Origin: Haliotis cracherodii
Taxonomy: Eukaryota
Reading direction: 5' to 3'
DNA length: 64,000 nucleotides
Assembly: GCF_022045235.1 (NCBI RefSeq)
Contig: NW_027266266.1
Span: forward strand, 37,014,001-37,078,000
This document shows positions 1-13,505 of the stretch, in pieces. A program made the position numbers and the translations under genes. The notes below the pieces were generated by a model. It made no database searches. It had not been told where the DNA came from and worked only from the letters and a program-made list of their open reading frames with translations. Position 1 is the stretch's first letter; every line of letters starts with the position of its first letter.

Positions 1-46
1 TTGGGAAATTTTTAATTACAATTTGGAAATTATTAATGACATTTGC

Positions 47-1297
47 GGGGTATCTACTGTAACCTTGGTCCCCACAGAGACCCAGGGTATCTACTGTAAC
101 CTTGGTCCCCACACGGACCTGGGGTATCTACTGTAACCTTGGTCCCTACAGGGACCCGGGGTATCTACTGTAACCTTGATCCCCACAGAGACCCGGGGTA
201 TCTACTGTAACCTTGATCCCCACAGGGACCTGGGGTATCTACTGTAACCTTGGTCCCTACAGGGACCCGGGGTATCTACTGTAACCTTGATCCCCACAGA
301 GACCCGGGGTATCTACTGTAACCTTGATCCCCACAGAGACCCGGGGTATCTACTGTAACCTTAGTCCCCACAGAGACCCAGGGTATCTACTGTAACCTTG
401 GTCCCCACACGGACCCGGGGTATCTACTGTAACCTTGGTACCCACAGGGACCCGGAGTATCTACTGTAACCTTGGTACCCACAGGGACCCGGGGTATCTA
501 CTGTAACCTTAGTCCCCACAGAGACCCAGGGTATCTACTGTAACCTTGATCCCCACACGGACCCGGAGTATCTACTGTAACCTTGGTACCCACAGGGACC
601 CGGGGTATCTACTGTAACCTTGATCCCCACAGAGACCCGGGGTATCTACTGTAACCTTGATCCCCACAGGGACCTGGGGTATCTACTGTAACCTTGGTCC
701 CTACAGGGACCCGGGGTATCTACTGTAACCTTGATCCCCACAGAGACCCGGGGTATCTACTGTAACCTTGATCCCCACAGAGACCCGGGGTATCTACTGT
801 AACCTTAGTCCCCACAGAGACCCAGGGTATCTACTGTAACCTTGGTCCCCACACGGACCCGGAGTATCTACTGTAACCTTGGTACCCACAGGGACCCGGA
901 GTATCTACTGTAACCTTGGTACCCACAGGGACCCGGGGTATCTACTGTAACCTTAGTCCCCACAGAGACCCAGGGTATCTACTGTAACCTTGATCCCCAC
1001 ACGGACCCGGAGTATCTACTGTAACCTTGGTACCCACAGGGACCCGGGGTATCTACTGTAACCTTGGTCCCCACACGGACACGGGGTATCTACTGTAACC
1101 TTGGTCCCCACAGAGACCCGGGGTATCTACTGTAACCTTGGTCCCCACAGAGACCCGGGGTATCTACTGTAACCTTGGTCCCCACAGAGACCCAGGGTAT
1201 TTACTGTAACCTTGGTCCCCACACGGACCCGGAGTATCTACTGTAACCTTGGTACCCACAGGGACCCGGGGTATAGACTGTAACCTTGGTCCCCGCA
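47..1297. repeat. 37-bp minisatellite (~34 copies) in CHFR intron
   Basis: Unit ggggtatctactgtaaccttggtccccacagagaccc recurs with period 37 (aacc at 61, 98, 135...). Confidence 0.97.
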
Positions 1298-1321
1298 GGG
1301 GCTGGTGAGGGGGTAGTGTAC

Positions 1322-3228
1322 CTGCTGTCATACAGCCAGACTTTTCCTGATGCATCCCTCTCAATATAGCAGTGGACTCCAGACACAAGCTTGTTGCCGG
1401 CCAGGAATATGTCGTTACCTGGGAATTAAATGCATAACCAAAGATAAATTAAATTTTGGACAAATTCAACAATATGTTATTTTCATTTTAACAAAGTATT
1501 ACACCTAAATGTGTACGGTGACCACAATTGTGAATTTGCAATACTTGAAAGTATGTGCTAAAAAAATAAAACTAGGGCAATCTGTCTTCAACTATGTCAA
1601 CCCACATTTAGCAAAGTTTATAAAAATATGATCGTTTTGTTGAGTATTAATTCTCAAAAGATATGATAATGAGAATACTTTATTTCAACATTTTTCACAA
1701 CAGACAATTTCTCGTCCTCCTTTTATATTGGTCATGAGTAGTAGGAAGTAATTGCAGGCCTGTAAGTTTGTGCTATAAGGTGGATAGGTGTGAGTGAGTG
1801 TTTGTTGTTTAACGCTGCACTCAGCAATATTCCAGCTATATGACGGCAGTTTGTAAACAATCAAGTCTGGACCAGACAATCCAGTGATAGACATCATGAG
1901 CATCAATCCACCCATTGCGATGACATGCATCAACCAAGTCAGCGAGTCTGACAACCCGATCCCGTTAGATGTCTCTCATGACAAGCATGGGTATATTTCA
2001 GGTATATCACAGCATGCCAGGTTATTGAGGGAAGAAAACCCTAAGTGATGTATGCCAGCGACATGTTATATTAATTAGACCTGCAGGCTTGATGCAGACT
2101 GTAGTCAAAACGTCCTCAAAACTCAAAACGGCCACAAAAAGACAAAATGGCCACAACAAAAAAGGCATAAAGGCCACACCGAAAATAAATAATTAAAAAA
2201 ATGAATATTCAAGTGAGCAGGATGTGTACACAGTTTACCCTTTATCTTACAGATGTGTACACAGTGATAAGGATGTGTGAAGTGTGATCTGTAGCGCTGA
2301 GGTAGTGCTGAATTAAGATCTGTGTGCATGTGGTGTTATGAGTGTGAGTGAGTGAGTTGGGTTTAACGCCGCTTTTAACAGTATTCCAGTTATATCACGG
2401 CGTGTCAGCTTAATGTGGGAGGAAAGCCCGAAGTGATGCAGGTCTCAGATGTTTACCACTTCGGTGAAACCCACGAGCACGGGTATGGTGCTGACAAACC
2501 TAGAAACATAATCGGGGCGAACCGGGATTCGAACCCACAATCATAGGTTTCTGGCGTGCCCAAGGGACGCAACTCTGCACAGCGAATCGCGGCACCTTAG
2601 ACCACTGGGCCACCCGTGCCCCTGTGGTGTTATGAACTGTCATACAATGTATATAATACAATTAATGTGACACAATACTTGAGTTTGTCTTCTTTATTTT
2701 CTGTTATGACTTTTTTGTTGTGACCGTTATGGCATTTTTTGAGCTGGAATATTGCTGAGCGCAGCGGTAAATATAAACAACAAACAAACAAAACTTTGTC
2801 CCGAGACACAGATGTCAAAAAATGTATTTTGATTTAGTCCGACGTATAATGCACTGAACCCATAGCTAAATGTTATATTTTATCACATTTTTCTAATATG
2901 ATTTACTGTTAGGACTGAGGACAATATCATGTGTTTACGTCGAGAAGTTTATTGTGATCGAGAACCTATGTCCTTTCTTCAACAAAATCAATTTCAGGCA
3001 ATAATGGTCTTTCTCCTTGGGAAAGTGCACGTCACTTTGAATCACATCTATCAACATGACAGACAGTCACAAGCATAGTTTTTCATGTTAATAACCTAAA
3101 TATCAGTCAAATTTTCCAAGATAAAAATCGCCACCTCCTGCTCGTCCAATGGTGAACTTGTCCTTGTTGAGTTCAGTGGGCGGTGTCTCCGTGTCAGTCG
3201 TACATACAAGCTGAGCCCAGGCCTCCAT
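1322..3228 (-). CDS. CHFR: E3 ubiquitin ligase CHFR, N-terminal FHA domain, first two coding exons (gene continues off the window start)
   Basis: Exon 3228-3135 (Kozak ccgccATGG; MEAWAQLVCTTDTETPPTELNKDKFTIGRAG, phase-1 GT donor) joins exon 1418-1322 (AG acceptor; GNDIFLAGNKLVSGVHCYIERDASGKVWLYDS, GT donor). Matches the CHFR FHA signature W..L / TIGR..CD....NKLVSG.HC.I..D.SG.V.L.D.S. Confidence 0.9.
1795..1992 (-). mobile_element. SINE-like family B copy (non-tRNA head family), 5' truncated
   Basis: Matches the family body ...cgggatcgggtggtcaggctcgctgacttggttgatgcatgtc...gctggaatattgctgagtgcggcgttaaacaacaaac. Confidence 0.85.
2340..2621 (-). mobile_element. tRNA-derived SINE family A (V-SINE-like core), full length
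   Basis: Minus strand starts GGGGCACGGGTGGCCCAGTGGTCTAAGG (A box), has GGTTCGAATCC (B box), core GTGGGTTT...TTTCCTCCCACA and (CTCA)n tail; near-identical copies at 25046 and 38311. Confidence 0.9.
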
Positions 3229-3375
3229 GGCGGTGGAAGTACTTCTGACTAGGGCGACTGGTGCTACAACGTGCTGCAACACCGATATTTAGTTATGAGG
3301 CAATCGCCGATTTACATCTCCCTCGCCTGCTTGTCGCAACAAGTCACGCACTTCCGGGTGTGGTTATCTCCCTTT
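3229..3375 (-). promoter_or_regulatory. Likely CHFR 5'UTR/proximal promoter
   Basis: CpG-richer stretch directly upstream of the ATG, with ETS-type CCGGAAGT motif (acttccgg ~3350). Confidence 0.45.
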
Positions 3376-4236
3376 AATCTATCTTCGTGAATGTGTGTAC
3401 TTGCAGTTAAATGAGATTATAATTCTTGTTTTGCGGATTACTTAAATTGTGATGGCGTTCCAAGAAGTGAATATGTATAGTCATTTTTAGACTATTAATT
3501 TGACCACACGCCTGATGCTGATATATTCTACGAGTCGTCACTTTACAATTTATTCTATATTTTAAGACATCTAAAAATAATAATTATTCATATAGAGATT
3601 TATATATAGATAGAAATTGGATTTTTGATATCAATAATTCATTCCCTCCACTCAAAAACGTATTTACGTCTTTGCTCCACTGTACAAATTAGCAGAATGT
3701 TGTCCTTAGATTATTAAATGGAATGAAATAGTTACTCAATCATGATCGGGACACTCCCGCATTCTCTGGCAATCAAATTCGTTCATTGAGTGTCAAACTT
3801 CGAATTGGCATCCACACCGATCATTTCAAGCTACGCGAATAAAAAAAAGGTGTTTTAACTCTCTGGCTTCCACATAAAAATAGCCTGTGCACTATCGCTG
3901 TTCCGAGTTTATTTGCGAGTGACATTGTAAAAACTTCAAAACTTCAAAAACGAAGTAACGTAACAACGGTAAAACCCACAATTTTCAAATTTCACACTAT
4001 AAAAGTTCAACCATTTCCCTAACTGGCTATGTAAATATTGTAAAGTATTAACGTGAATATCAGTTGTTTATAGCTAGGCAAACGTATTGAATATGCGTTT
4101 TGTGTAGGGACATATATGTCCAAATATCATCCAGGGGGTTAACGGAGTTGTCCTTATGTTGAGTGTATATACCAGTTTCTGAGATGATTGTGTCATTATT
4201 CAACAACGCTGAACCTGACTGACCGAAAATAAGTAT

Positions 4237-4398
4237 TGTTTGTTTGTTGTGTAACGCCACACTAAGCAATATTCCGGCAATATCACGAAGGTGAACACCA
4301 GAAATGGGCTTCACACATTGTGCCCATGTCGGGAATCGAGCCCGGGTCTTCGGCGTGACGAGCGAACGCTTCAAGTACTAGGCTAACCGACCGCCCCT
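4237..4398 (-). mobile_element. tRNA-Asp-like SINE family C
   Basis: Head ...gcgttcgctcGTCacgccgaagacccgggctcgattcccgac resembles tRNA-Asp; shared SINE tail. Confidence 0.85.
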
Positions 4399-4441
4399 CA
4401 ATCTATATGACGTGGCCCAAATGATCGATATTATGAGCTCT

Positions 4442-4445
<4 letters not shown>

Positions 4446-4485
<40 letters not shown>
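4446..4485. repeat. (GT)n microsatellite
   Basis: Direct. Confidence 0.95.
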
Positions 4486-4488
<3 letters not shown>

Positions 4489-4965
4489 TTCTTTCATGTA
4501 CTCGGTACCGTTTAGAAATTAAACATTTACTGTTTAATACACATATAAAGCAAATATTAAAAGGAAGTCTTAAAGAACTTATTTCAAATTAACAAAATAT
4601 TAATAATAGAGGAAATACTATGGATATAGTTGTCGGAAATATAACCTCTTCACTGAACTCGTTACGATTTTACTCTTTCTTCCTTTCGACGCGTCCTATT
4701 ACCCTTGACGGATACGCCATCTTACACCACAGTGAGGATCTTCCAGGTGATTTTTTCTATTTTCTATTTTGGCAGTTAAAAACATATATTTGGTCAACAT
4801 CTAAGGCAATACATTGAATCAGTACGATGTAGGGATATGTAGAATGAAGATTTACATAATTTTTTTTGTAAATACAATGCATTTGACGTTGATTAAGAAA
4901 GCAGCGGTGTTGCTACTTGTGGAATTTATTCTTCTCTTGTGGGGTGCATGGTCTTGTAGGTCTAT

Positions 4966-6065
4966 CACAGAAAAAACTTGTTTTTGATGTCCTAATTGTT
5001 ATGTTATGGAAAGAATGGATAATTTTACTTGTTCAATGTGTTTCTACGCCACAAGTAATCCTTTGAACTATGAACAACACCTTGTCCGATATCACAACAT
5101 GACCGAAATTTTGTTGTGACATGCACTGCAGCATCTTGCTCGTATTCTACAAAAAGTTTGTTGGCTTTCAAAAAACATATGAATAAAAAACATGCAAAAT
5201 CCCAAATTGATAATCAGGAAGGCGAGGAAACAATAGATGATGAAAACGGTTTGAACAAAACAGATCTTTTTGTGCATGAAAATGAGCAAGATGTACAATA
5301 CGCCTTTTCTTTGAGAGAGTTCACTGAGATAAATTATGTTCTCGCACTGCAAACGAAACACAAGCTTTCAGAAAACGCTGTGAACTGTGTTATGGCTGAA
5401 ACACAGCATTTACTTTCCCCAAATTTACAAAATGCTCAAACGACAACTGATACAATGTTCTTTGACAATCTCACCACACAGCATTCACGGGAAAAGCAAT
5501 ACAAAAACATAGGTATGTGTGTGGGACCACAAAAGGTATATCTTGGTCATAAAACGGAATATGTCGGTACATCATCAAAGAGAAGGCCCCGATATGGAAT
5601 GTATATTGCATTTGAGCAACAACTCGAGTCATTGCTCTCAATGCCCGAAATTTGGAACTGGGTTAATAATGCTCACTCTTCATCTTCTGGAATAAAGAGA
5701 GATATCTGTGATGGCGCTTACGCCAAATCTCATCCAATTATATCCGTTCACAAAAACGCCCTACAAGTCATACTTCATACGGACGATATAGAAATAATGA
5801 ATCCTCTGGGGACACATGTGAAGAAACACAAGCTCTGCATGTTATATTTTACTCTGGCAAACAACAATGCCCACCCTGACCACTTCACTCAATTCAATGC
5901 TGATATATTTATGTACCATAAGCTCAGGAACCTAAACATACATCTATTATTTCATATATTGCAGATTTTCATGGAGATCAAATTAATGAAAGGTGGGGAA
6001 ATTTGGAGGTCAGTGGAAAAATCAACAAATGATTTATTGAACGCCGTGAAGGAAGTCATGCCCCC

Positions 6066-6096
<31 letters not shown>

Positions 6097-7356
6097 ACAC
6101 ACTGACGAAGCTGATGTAAGACTAAAACACATTATTTTAGATTAGCAAAATAACTAAAACTTTATATAGGAAATGATCACTATTCATTTTAATTATTGAA
6201 CTGGCGTATTAAAGTCCATTTAGAAAATAATTTCATCCTTTGACTTTTGCTGGAACTAATTGAAGATATTGAGGCGTTTCGCTATATGGAGAGGGAAATA
6301 GGATATGACAGGGGCCGAGGCGCGAACAGCACCTCAATATTGGAAATATCAAAGGTGTCTTTTACTCTTTCACCGTCTTTTGTCTATTCTATTCCATTTT
6401 ACAAAGATTAGACATTTTCGGCATGTAATGAGTTATTTGTAAGACGTGATTAAAGGTAACTGCTGGGGGCGGTAGTAACTTTTTTTTAGATCAATGCGTG
6501 TATTGATTAAGGTTATTCTTTTCTTTATTATACTGATTTATAAATGTCATGACAAAAATAATAGAAATAATAAGTATGATATTATTATTATTATTATTAT
6601 TATATTTTATCACGCATGTATGTTGGTTGCAGGCGTTGTCTCATAAACAAATTGACGAGGAAGCCGAGAAAACAAAGTTGCCAGTAGGGACAATGCTTCA
6701 GATCTTTGTAAAGGACAACCGGATAACTGAGGAAATCATACACGCCAACGGGGAAAACCTTCCTGTCATAAGGAACTTCAGGAAGGCAGTGGTCCAGCTG
6801 CTGGCCATATACTATGTAGCTTGGCTGGATTACCCGAGGCAGTATGCACAGATGTTAGGCGTTATGCAAGAACTCTTTTTCAAGGAAACCTGTGGTTTAA
6901 AACCCCCAAAACGTGTTCACTTCTAGAAGAAAGTTGAAGCATGTATGATTGACTAGACTAGATTGACACGTTTCCTAATGGCAAAATAAAATGTTTAATT
7001 CTACTTTTCTTTTGTTAAAAATGTGTATATCCCAGTTATGTACTTTTTACAGATATGAAGACATCATATGATATTGATTCTAGCTTAATTCAGTTAAAAA
7101 GGCGACGTTTAGGCACTAAACGGGCCTAAACGCTAAACGCGTTATAAAAGTGGAGACATTTCAGCGTTTAGTTTTCTAAACGCATGGTGTTTAATACAAG
7201 GTGTTTAGTATTTATTTGCATATTTAGAAAACTAAACGTTGGTGTTTAGAAACTAACAAGTGGTGTTCAGAAACAAAACGCTAAACGCGTTTTAAAATTT
7301 GAGACATTTTGCCGTTTAGTTTACCGTTTAATCGCTAAACGATCGTTTTTTCTGTG
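4966..7356 (+). mobile_element. Internally deleted EnSpm/CACTA (CMC)-type DNA transposon
   Basis: 12-bp inverted termini cacagaaaaaac (4966) / gttttttctgtg (7356); ctaaacg subterminal repeats 7110-7340; C2H2 fingers from ATG 5015 (frameshifted); transposase motif DICDG...LHTDDIEIMNPLGTHVKKHKLCMLYFTLAN; accessory-ORF motif LLAIYYVAWLDYP...MLGVMQ at 6549-6926. No TSD seen. Confidence 0.75.
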
Positions 7357-8265
7357 TACTCACTCACTTAGCCACCATCAAACATGAGTGTATACTTTCT
7401 TTTGCCCGGCAGTATATTATGTGTTCTATTACTGAATACGAATATTTTACATATTTTATATCTATCATATCTTGAACAAGATTTGAAGGATTTGAACTTT
7501 TAATAAAAACAGTGTCGCTTGATATAATTTTTCTGTGAGTGGCCGCAATATTCTCGAAACATTGTTGAATGCATTCAGTCTAGTTAAATCGTTGTAAAGG
7601 CATTTGTCAGATTTGGGAGTTAAATATCTTGCTTTCATTTTTTTCATAAATAGTTGAACCTTTGATGATAGAGATAAAGATCAAAAGCATTTCTAACATA
7701 ATCATCACCAAATCTAGAACAATATGTACAAAATCAACATCCTTGACAAACACAAGCTCCACGTCATAAGTATTTCAAATAGTTTTATGGAATCAATCAG
7801 TCTGTGCTACCAACTATAATATTATGTAGTAAATTTCACTAAATACACGCAATTTTCTCACAACAAAAAGAGTATTTTTCTCAATCTGTCAATACATTTC
7901 GGCAATGGATTATATTTCTAACATAATGTTCCTCTTTTCTTGTTGTCTTACGGAAATAAGGTCAGGGTATTTATCACTGCCTTCTGTCTCTTCATTGTTT
8001 TTTTCCTGGACGTTGATATTTGCGAATGTCAAGGGGCCTGACATGACACGTGTTAGTAACTGTTAAAGCACTTCCAGCACTGTTGAAGTTACTAAAATAC
8101 AAATGAAAACGAAATGTGCATTCTTAAAAGTGACTATAGGGAGAACATGTTTTCACCATAATACTAAAGTGTCTACATACTCACAATGCTAGCATGTGTT
8201 TAAAGATAACCCACTAAAGAGAAAAGGAGAATTCAGTCGAGTTTATAAAATGCTACAGAGGAGTA

Positions 8266-9902
8266 CAAGGCTCCAGATAAATCCTTGAACCATTGATTTA
8301 CTCACATGGTCTCATTCAAATATGGTATTTGATAGTTTTCTTTGGGTATTCAATAAATGTCTACTCTCTTGGGTATTTTTAAACCATTGAGTAAATATAT
8401 ATTTCTGCTTATAATGGTGTTTCAGATGACGCCTATTTTGTTTCTGCCCATGTTCAGTCGCAAGTGTTATTACATGTCGCAGAAACTCCCATCAGCGACA
8501 TACATGTATATCTAAGTTACACATTATTCACTTCATTAGAGTGCTAAATTAAATGCTATGTTCGATCCGTGAATAATAATCTGTATAAAAGACATGCAGG
8601 TACGAGGGCTGGTCAAAAGGTTCTGAGCCTTTATTTCAAATATGGTCCATAATAAAGTGAACTAGTCACTGCAAGTGTATTTGGTCTGTTGAGGTCGTGT
8701 GAAAATTGGTGACAGCCAGTTGAACATGATAGGGGTCCAAATGGACACAGACATGGAAAAGAACGGGTACCGAGCAGCCATCAAGTTTTTTACTTTAGAG
8801 AAGAGTACTCCAAAAGAAATTCATGACCACGTGTCACAAGTGTATGGGATAAGTGAAGATTCAATCAAGGAGATAGGAAAACTTATACTGTCAGATAGAC
8901 GTATTACATTTCTTAACTTGAGGAAGACACAGGTCTAGGCAATGGATCCATTTAAACTATTATTCATGAACATTTACAAATGAATACGATAATATCTGCG
9001 CGTTGGGTGCCAAAGTTTCTAAATTCTGATCTTAAGGAAAATGGCATTGCCAGAGAAGATTTAGAGCTATTTGAGGAGGATTTCGTCAAATTTAAAAATA
9101 GATTAGTAACGGGTGATAAAACATGGGTCTACCACTATGATCCTGTGTCAAAACCTCAATCCATGTAATGGCACCATTCCACTTCTCCGGCACCAAAGAA
9201 ATACCAGTCTTCAAGATCAGTGAAGAAGTTACGGCTTATGTATTCTGGCTTGCAAAGGTTGTGATCCTTGTTGATTACTTAGAAAGTCGATAAACGGTGA
9301 TTAGAAGGCGATTGCCGGTGCCTCTTATGCTGATTTGAAACGCGGCGAGGAATGCTGACTGATGGAGTTCTACGACTTCATGACAATGCTTCTTCTCACA
9401 CCTATCGACTTGCAAAGGCTGTTGTGCGACAATGTAGGTTCGAGGAGCTTCCTCACCCTCCATACTTGCCAGGCCTGGCACCAAGTGATTTCCACCTGTT
9501 TCCTAAACTGAAAGAACACCTTCGTGGGAAGCGCTATGATGACAACGATGACCTCAAAGCTGTCGTGAATGTGGTTTAAACGGTGACTTCAGAAAACTTC
9601 TTCCTGATTGGAATTGAAAAGCTTCACCGTCGATATGAGAGGGGTATTGAAAAGCAGGGACAGTATGTTGGAAAATCAAATCAAAAACACTTTCACAATT
9701 GTTGGTTTGTTTGTTAGGCTTAGAATGTTTTGACCAGCCCTCATACGCATCACAAAGGTCATTACGCACAGTGTCCTCATACTAATGTTTAAGTTTATTT
9801 TAAAATTAATGGGTATTTTTACGCAAGCAATTGAAAATTAATCTGGTAACGATGTATCAATGTACGTATTTTACGCAAATACGCAGCTTATCTGGAGCTC
9901 TG
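8266..9902. mobile_element. Non-autonomous TIR element hosting a mariner insertion
   Basis: TIRs caaggctccagataa / ttatctggagctctg; flanking direct repeat ggagta (8260-8265, 9903-9908). Confidence 0.65.
8603..9743 (+). mobile_element. Decayed mariner (DD34D) transposon
   Basis: TA-flanked TIRs cgagggctggtcaaaaggttctgagcct / aggcttagaatgttttgaccagccctca; motifs ARWVP, VTGDKTWVYHYDP, HDNASSH, HPPYLPGLAPSDFHLF; stops and frameshifts. Confidence 0.93.
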
Positions 9903-9912
9903 GGAGTAGCCA

Positions 9913-10063
9913 GGGGCGGTATTCATAAACATTCTTAGAGTGCTAAAGAGGTCTTTAGTATGAGAAAATTCTAAGAAATACCAAAAGTTACTCTTAAATC
10001 TACGAATTTTCTTAGCGAGTTGAGAGTTATCTGGAATTCTAAGAATGTTTATGAATACCACCC
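9913..10063. mobile_element. MITE (Harbinger-like ends)
   Basis: TIRs gggcggtattcataaacattcttaga / tctaagaatgtttatgaataccaccc. Confidence 0.7.
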
Positions 10064-10324
10064 AGATCACGTTTTCGCTTGTTTCAACAAGGCCCCACTT
10101 CAACTGTTAAAGTGAGTTCTTGGCTGATTGCCCGTCAAGGAACACCAATGGCGTGGTACAATAGTATTAACAATGGCATCAATCACTGGATTGTCTGATA
10201 CATAATCGATTGTTTACAGGCGATCATATACCTTTAATATTGTTGGGTGCGGCGTTGAACCAGGAACCAACGGCATGATCCTAAATAGATAACAGCATAT
10301 TACATCAAGCAAATTTCGTCACTA

Positions 10325-10648
10325 GAGGTGAGGTGAAATTGGGTTTAACGCCGCGTCCAAGATTATTGCACTTATATAGCGACGTGCATGTATGTGTATG
10401 TGTTTGTGTGGCTGCTTGTACTAGTCCGAACTGATGCCGATTTATAGTTTTAGCACACAGAGATACCATGACACAGTTTAACATGAATACCCCACTCAGA
10501 CACAGTATACTGACTCCGAGCCGACCAGTCCTTGTTTTAGCCCCTTATTGCCGAGCGCCAGACAGGGTAAAAAGAAGACTTAGTACCATATTTTAACGTC
10601 TTTTGGTATGACGCGGCCGGGGATCGAACCCCGGACCTTCCACTCTCG
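10325..10648 (-). mobile_element. Meta-SINE-like family D
   Basis: Reverse complement of the element at 60034-60402 (ggttcgatccccggccgcgtcatacc...ctggcgctcggca core). Confidence 0.85.
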
Positions 10649-12219
10649 TCACAAGAGAGTGAAGCAGGTCAACAACACTAAAACGTCGTTAAATATCAAA
10701 ATATGTTAATTTTGCAGCAGCAACAGGATCAAGGACGAAGTCCGCTTCTTGGCCAGTTGCTTAGCTGTTCTGAGATACAATTTGATGAGTGATGTTGCAT
10801 TGATTGTATTCTTTTGTTTGTTTATTAACTAACCCCGTACTCATCCATATCCTAGCTGACCCGTGAAGATTCAGCAGCCCATTGGCCTACATTTATCGAA
10901 ATAAAATATATATTCTAACCCCGTTTGTTTTCGTGTACCTCTCCTTCAAGAGTCCTCAACGGACTAAGCTATATATACCTGCTGGGGAACTGCCTGCACC
11001 ATAAGCCCCTGGCCCCATTGATGGCCAGGCGGTGTAAACGTGCTACAGCACTAAGGCACAATCCACAAATGACACGTCCCATATAACTTATTCTGTGCCA
11101 TGTCACATGTGGTGCAATATGTATTTGAACCCGGGCTATTTGATGTTTGTAATGCTGCCAGGTGAATGTGTTTATGCATACAACTTGTAACAATTTGTTA
11201 TTTCCTCTCTTTCTTTGATGTGTTTTCGAATCCGAGATCCGCCCTCTTTGTTTGACAGCTCAATTTCGGTGACTGAGAAAATAGAATGTTTCAGAAATCT
11301 TATCAGACTTAAATCTATGCAGCAAGAGCCCCTGCTAATATTATTCGCCGATGGTCTGGATGTTTTACCACATAATGTGGTAGTAAAATAATAAACCTTT
11401 TGAACCAGTATAATTGTACTCACTTACTGGAAATCAGATGGGGCGTTAAACGCTGTGTTGGGTATATTAAAACGTTTTATTTCACGGTCGATGGCACAGG
11501 TAATTGGCACCCTTCGCTTTGGAATGATACGGGAAAATGTAAATGTAAATAATGTACATACTTACAGAAAATATAAGTGTACACCTTCTATTGATTTCTA
11601 TATTAAAAAATATTTTGTATAGACACTACCGCCGTATTTTAGCCAAGTTTAGATGTGGAAGTTTACCTTTGTTTGTTGAGACAGGTAGATATTCCAGGCC
11701 TCCTATACCACTATCGGAGAGGTGATGTAAATATTGCGATTGTGATTTGGTGATGAATGTAACTTTTGACTACAAAGCAGTTTTTATGAAGATTTAGGGT
11801 ATGATTTATATTGTGCAGCTGAAGAAAACAACAGTAATGGTAATGTGATATGCGAAGGAGAGAAATTATTTAGTAAATGAATTCAAACGTTTTACAAAAG
11901 TTGCTAGCAGCAACGCTTTTCTAAAATGTTTAAGGGACGACAGTTGCCTCCCTGGTTATTGAATTACTCCTATTTCTAGCTATCTTTTCTTTTTCTAACG
12001 TCGTTGAGTTGAGGGGTTTGTTATTGTTTCCTGTGAGTCTTCTGATTTCGTAGCTAAATTTTCCACTTCTCACATTATATGTATGTACATGTTTCGTTTA
12101 TATTGTAGATAGTGTCTCATAAGCCAATGTCTGGCTGGAAGCACTCCAGACACCTTTTGTCTCATGTGCATCAATTTTATATTGTGCATGTTGTGCGTGT
12201 GACACTTTAATATTCATTT

Positions 12220-12236
12220 TACTACTACTTCTACCA

Positions 12237-12298
<62 letters not shown>
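12220..12298. repeat. (CTA)n microsatellite
   Basis: Direct. Confidence 0.95.
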
Positions 12299-12299
<1 letters not shown>

Positions 12300-13004
12300 T
12301 ATGATCGTGTTTTCGAATCCCAGATTCGCTCTGATTCTCCTTCTTTGTCAGCACCATACCTGTGCTCGTGGGTTTCACCAAATTGGTATACGTTTAAATG
12401 AGTGAATGTGATTGTACGCCGCTTTTAGTAAAATTCCTGCTATATAACGGTTTGGGACACCAGAAACCCATTATAAACTTTGGGCGCTCCTCCCACACGA
12501 AGCTGAAATACTTTTGAAAGCGGTTTTAAACCAAATTCGCTCACTCTTCCTCTTCTTTTTCTTGTATATTAACTCCCCGCAATATATTGCCCTGTAGCAG
12601 ACGATGTGCACCGTCAGTCACCAGGAAGTACGTCAAACCGTTCCACCCGATGCTCATCACGGGCCGGTGTATGCAGCCCTCTCGTTGTTTCAGCGAACAG
12701 ACGCGAGATCGCGGAACAGATTGCTGGCTTGTATCCTTGATCGGTTGTCCTTGTCCTATACCTTAGAGGGAAACTGTCTTGTGACTAATCGAATATTATC
12801 TCATTTTATAAAATATGCCAGAAAATAGATACCATCTTAAATCAAAATCGAAAAACAAACGCTGCGAACTTTCTCTTGCATAGAAGGAAATCAGCGGAGC
12901 CTGCTGCCTTTAAATTGGCATACATTCAATACGTTTCATCAAGCAGAAACAATCCTACACCCAAAGGATGTTCGCTCAGCCCTGTATTCACTGCGGGTAT
13001 TTTA

Positions 13005-13262
13005 TGCATGTCATCGTATCCATATTGCATGGATCGATGCTCATGATGTCAATCGCTAGATTGTCTGGCCCTGACTCGATCATGTTCAGGCCGAGGCGCT
13101 ACAGCTGGAATATTGCTGGGTGCGGCTCACTCACTCTTCGGGTAGCTTATTTGTTTATTTGTTGTTTGACGCCGCACTCAGCAACATTCCAGCTATATGA
13201 CGACGGTCTGCATCGACCCACACAATTTAGATACGATGTCTTGCATCAACCAAGTCAGCGAG
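13005..13262. mobile_element. Two tail-to-tail family B SINE fragments
   Basis: Plus fragment ~13005-13135, minus fragment ~13145-13262. Confidence 0.7.
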
Positions 13263-13505
13263 CACATGCTTACGATATAGTTGGAATCGTACAATGGACT
13301 TTTGACAGATTTTATATGATTATGGAAATGTTTGTGTCGCTTGTTTTATTACTAGATTATTTACAGGCCGCCGTGAAATAGCTGGAATATTACTGAATGC
13401 AACATAATCATTCATTGAATTTATAAGTATTTAGAGGAAATGAAGTCACAATGGCCACCTTCAACTTAATTCGCATAAACAATTTGTAATGACATGGTCT
13501 CGCAC

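Noticed and set aside
47-1297. 37-bp repeats of CRISPR-like length
   Set aside because: Head-to-tail with no unique spacers, no cas genes, and inside a eukaryotic intron
5116-6105. 329-aa host zinc-finger gene
   Set aside because: Frameshifted, truncated EnSpm-type transposase that reads into unrelated sequence and a poly-C/(CA)n tract
10969-12200. Possible LINE remnant
   Set aside because: No diagnostic motif could be read with confidence
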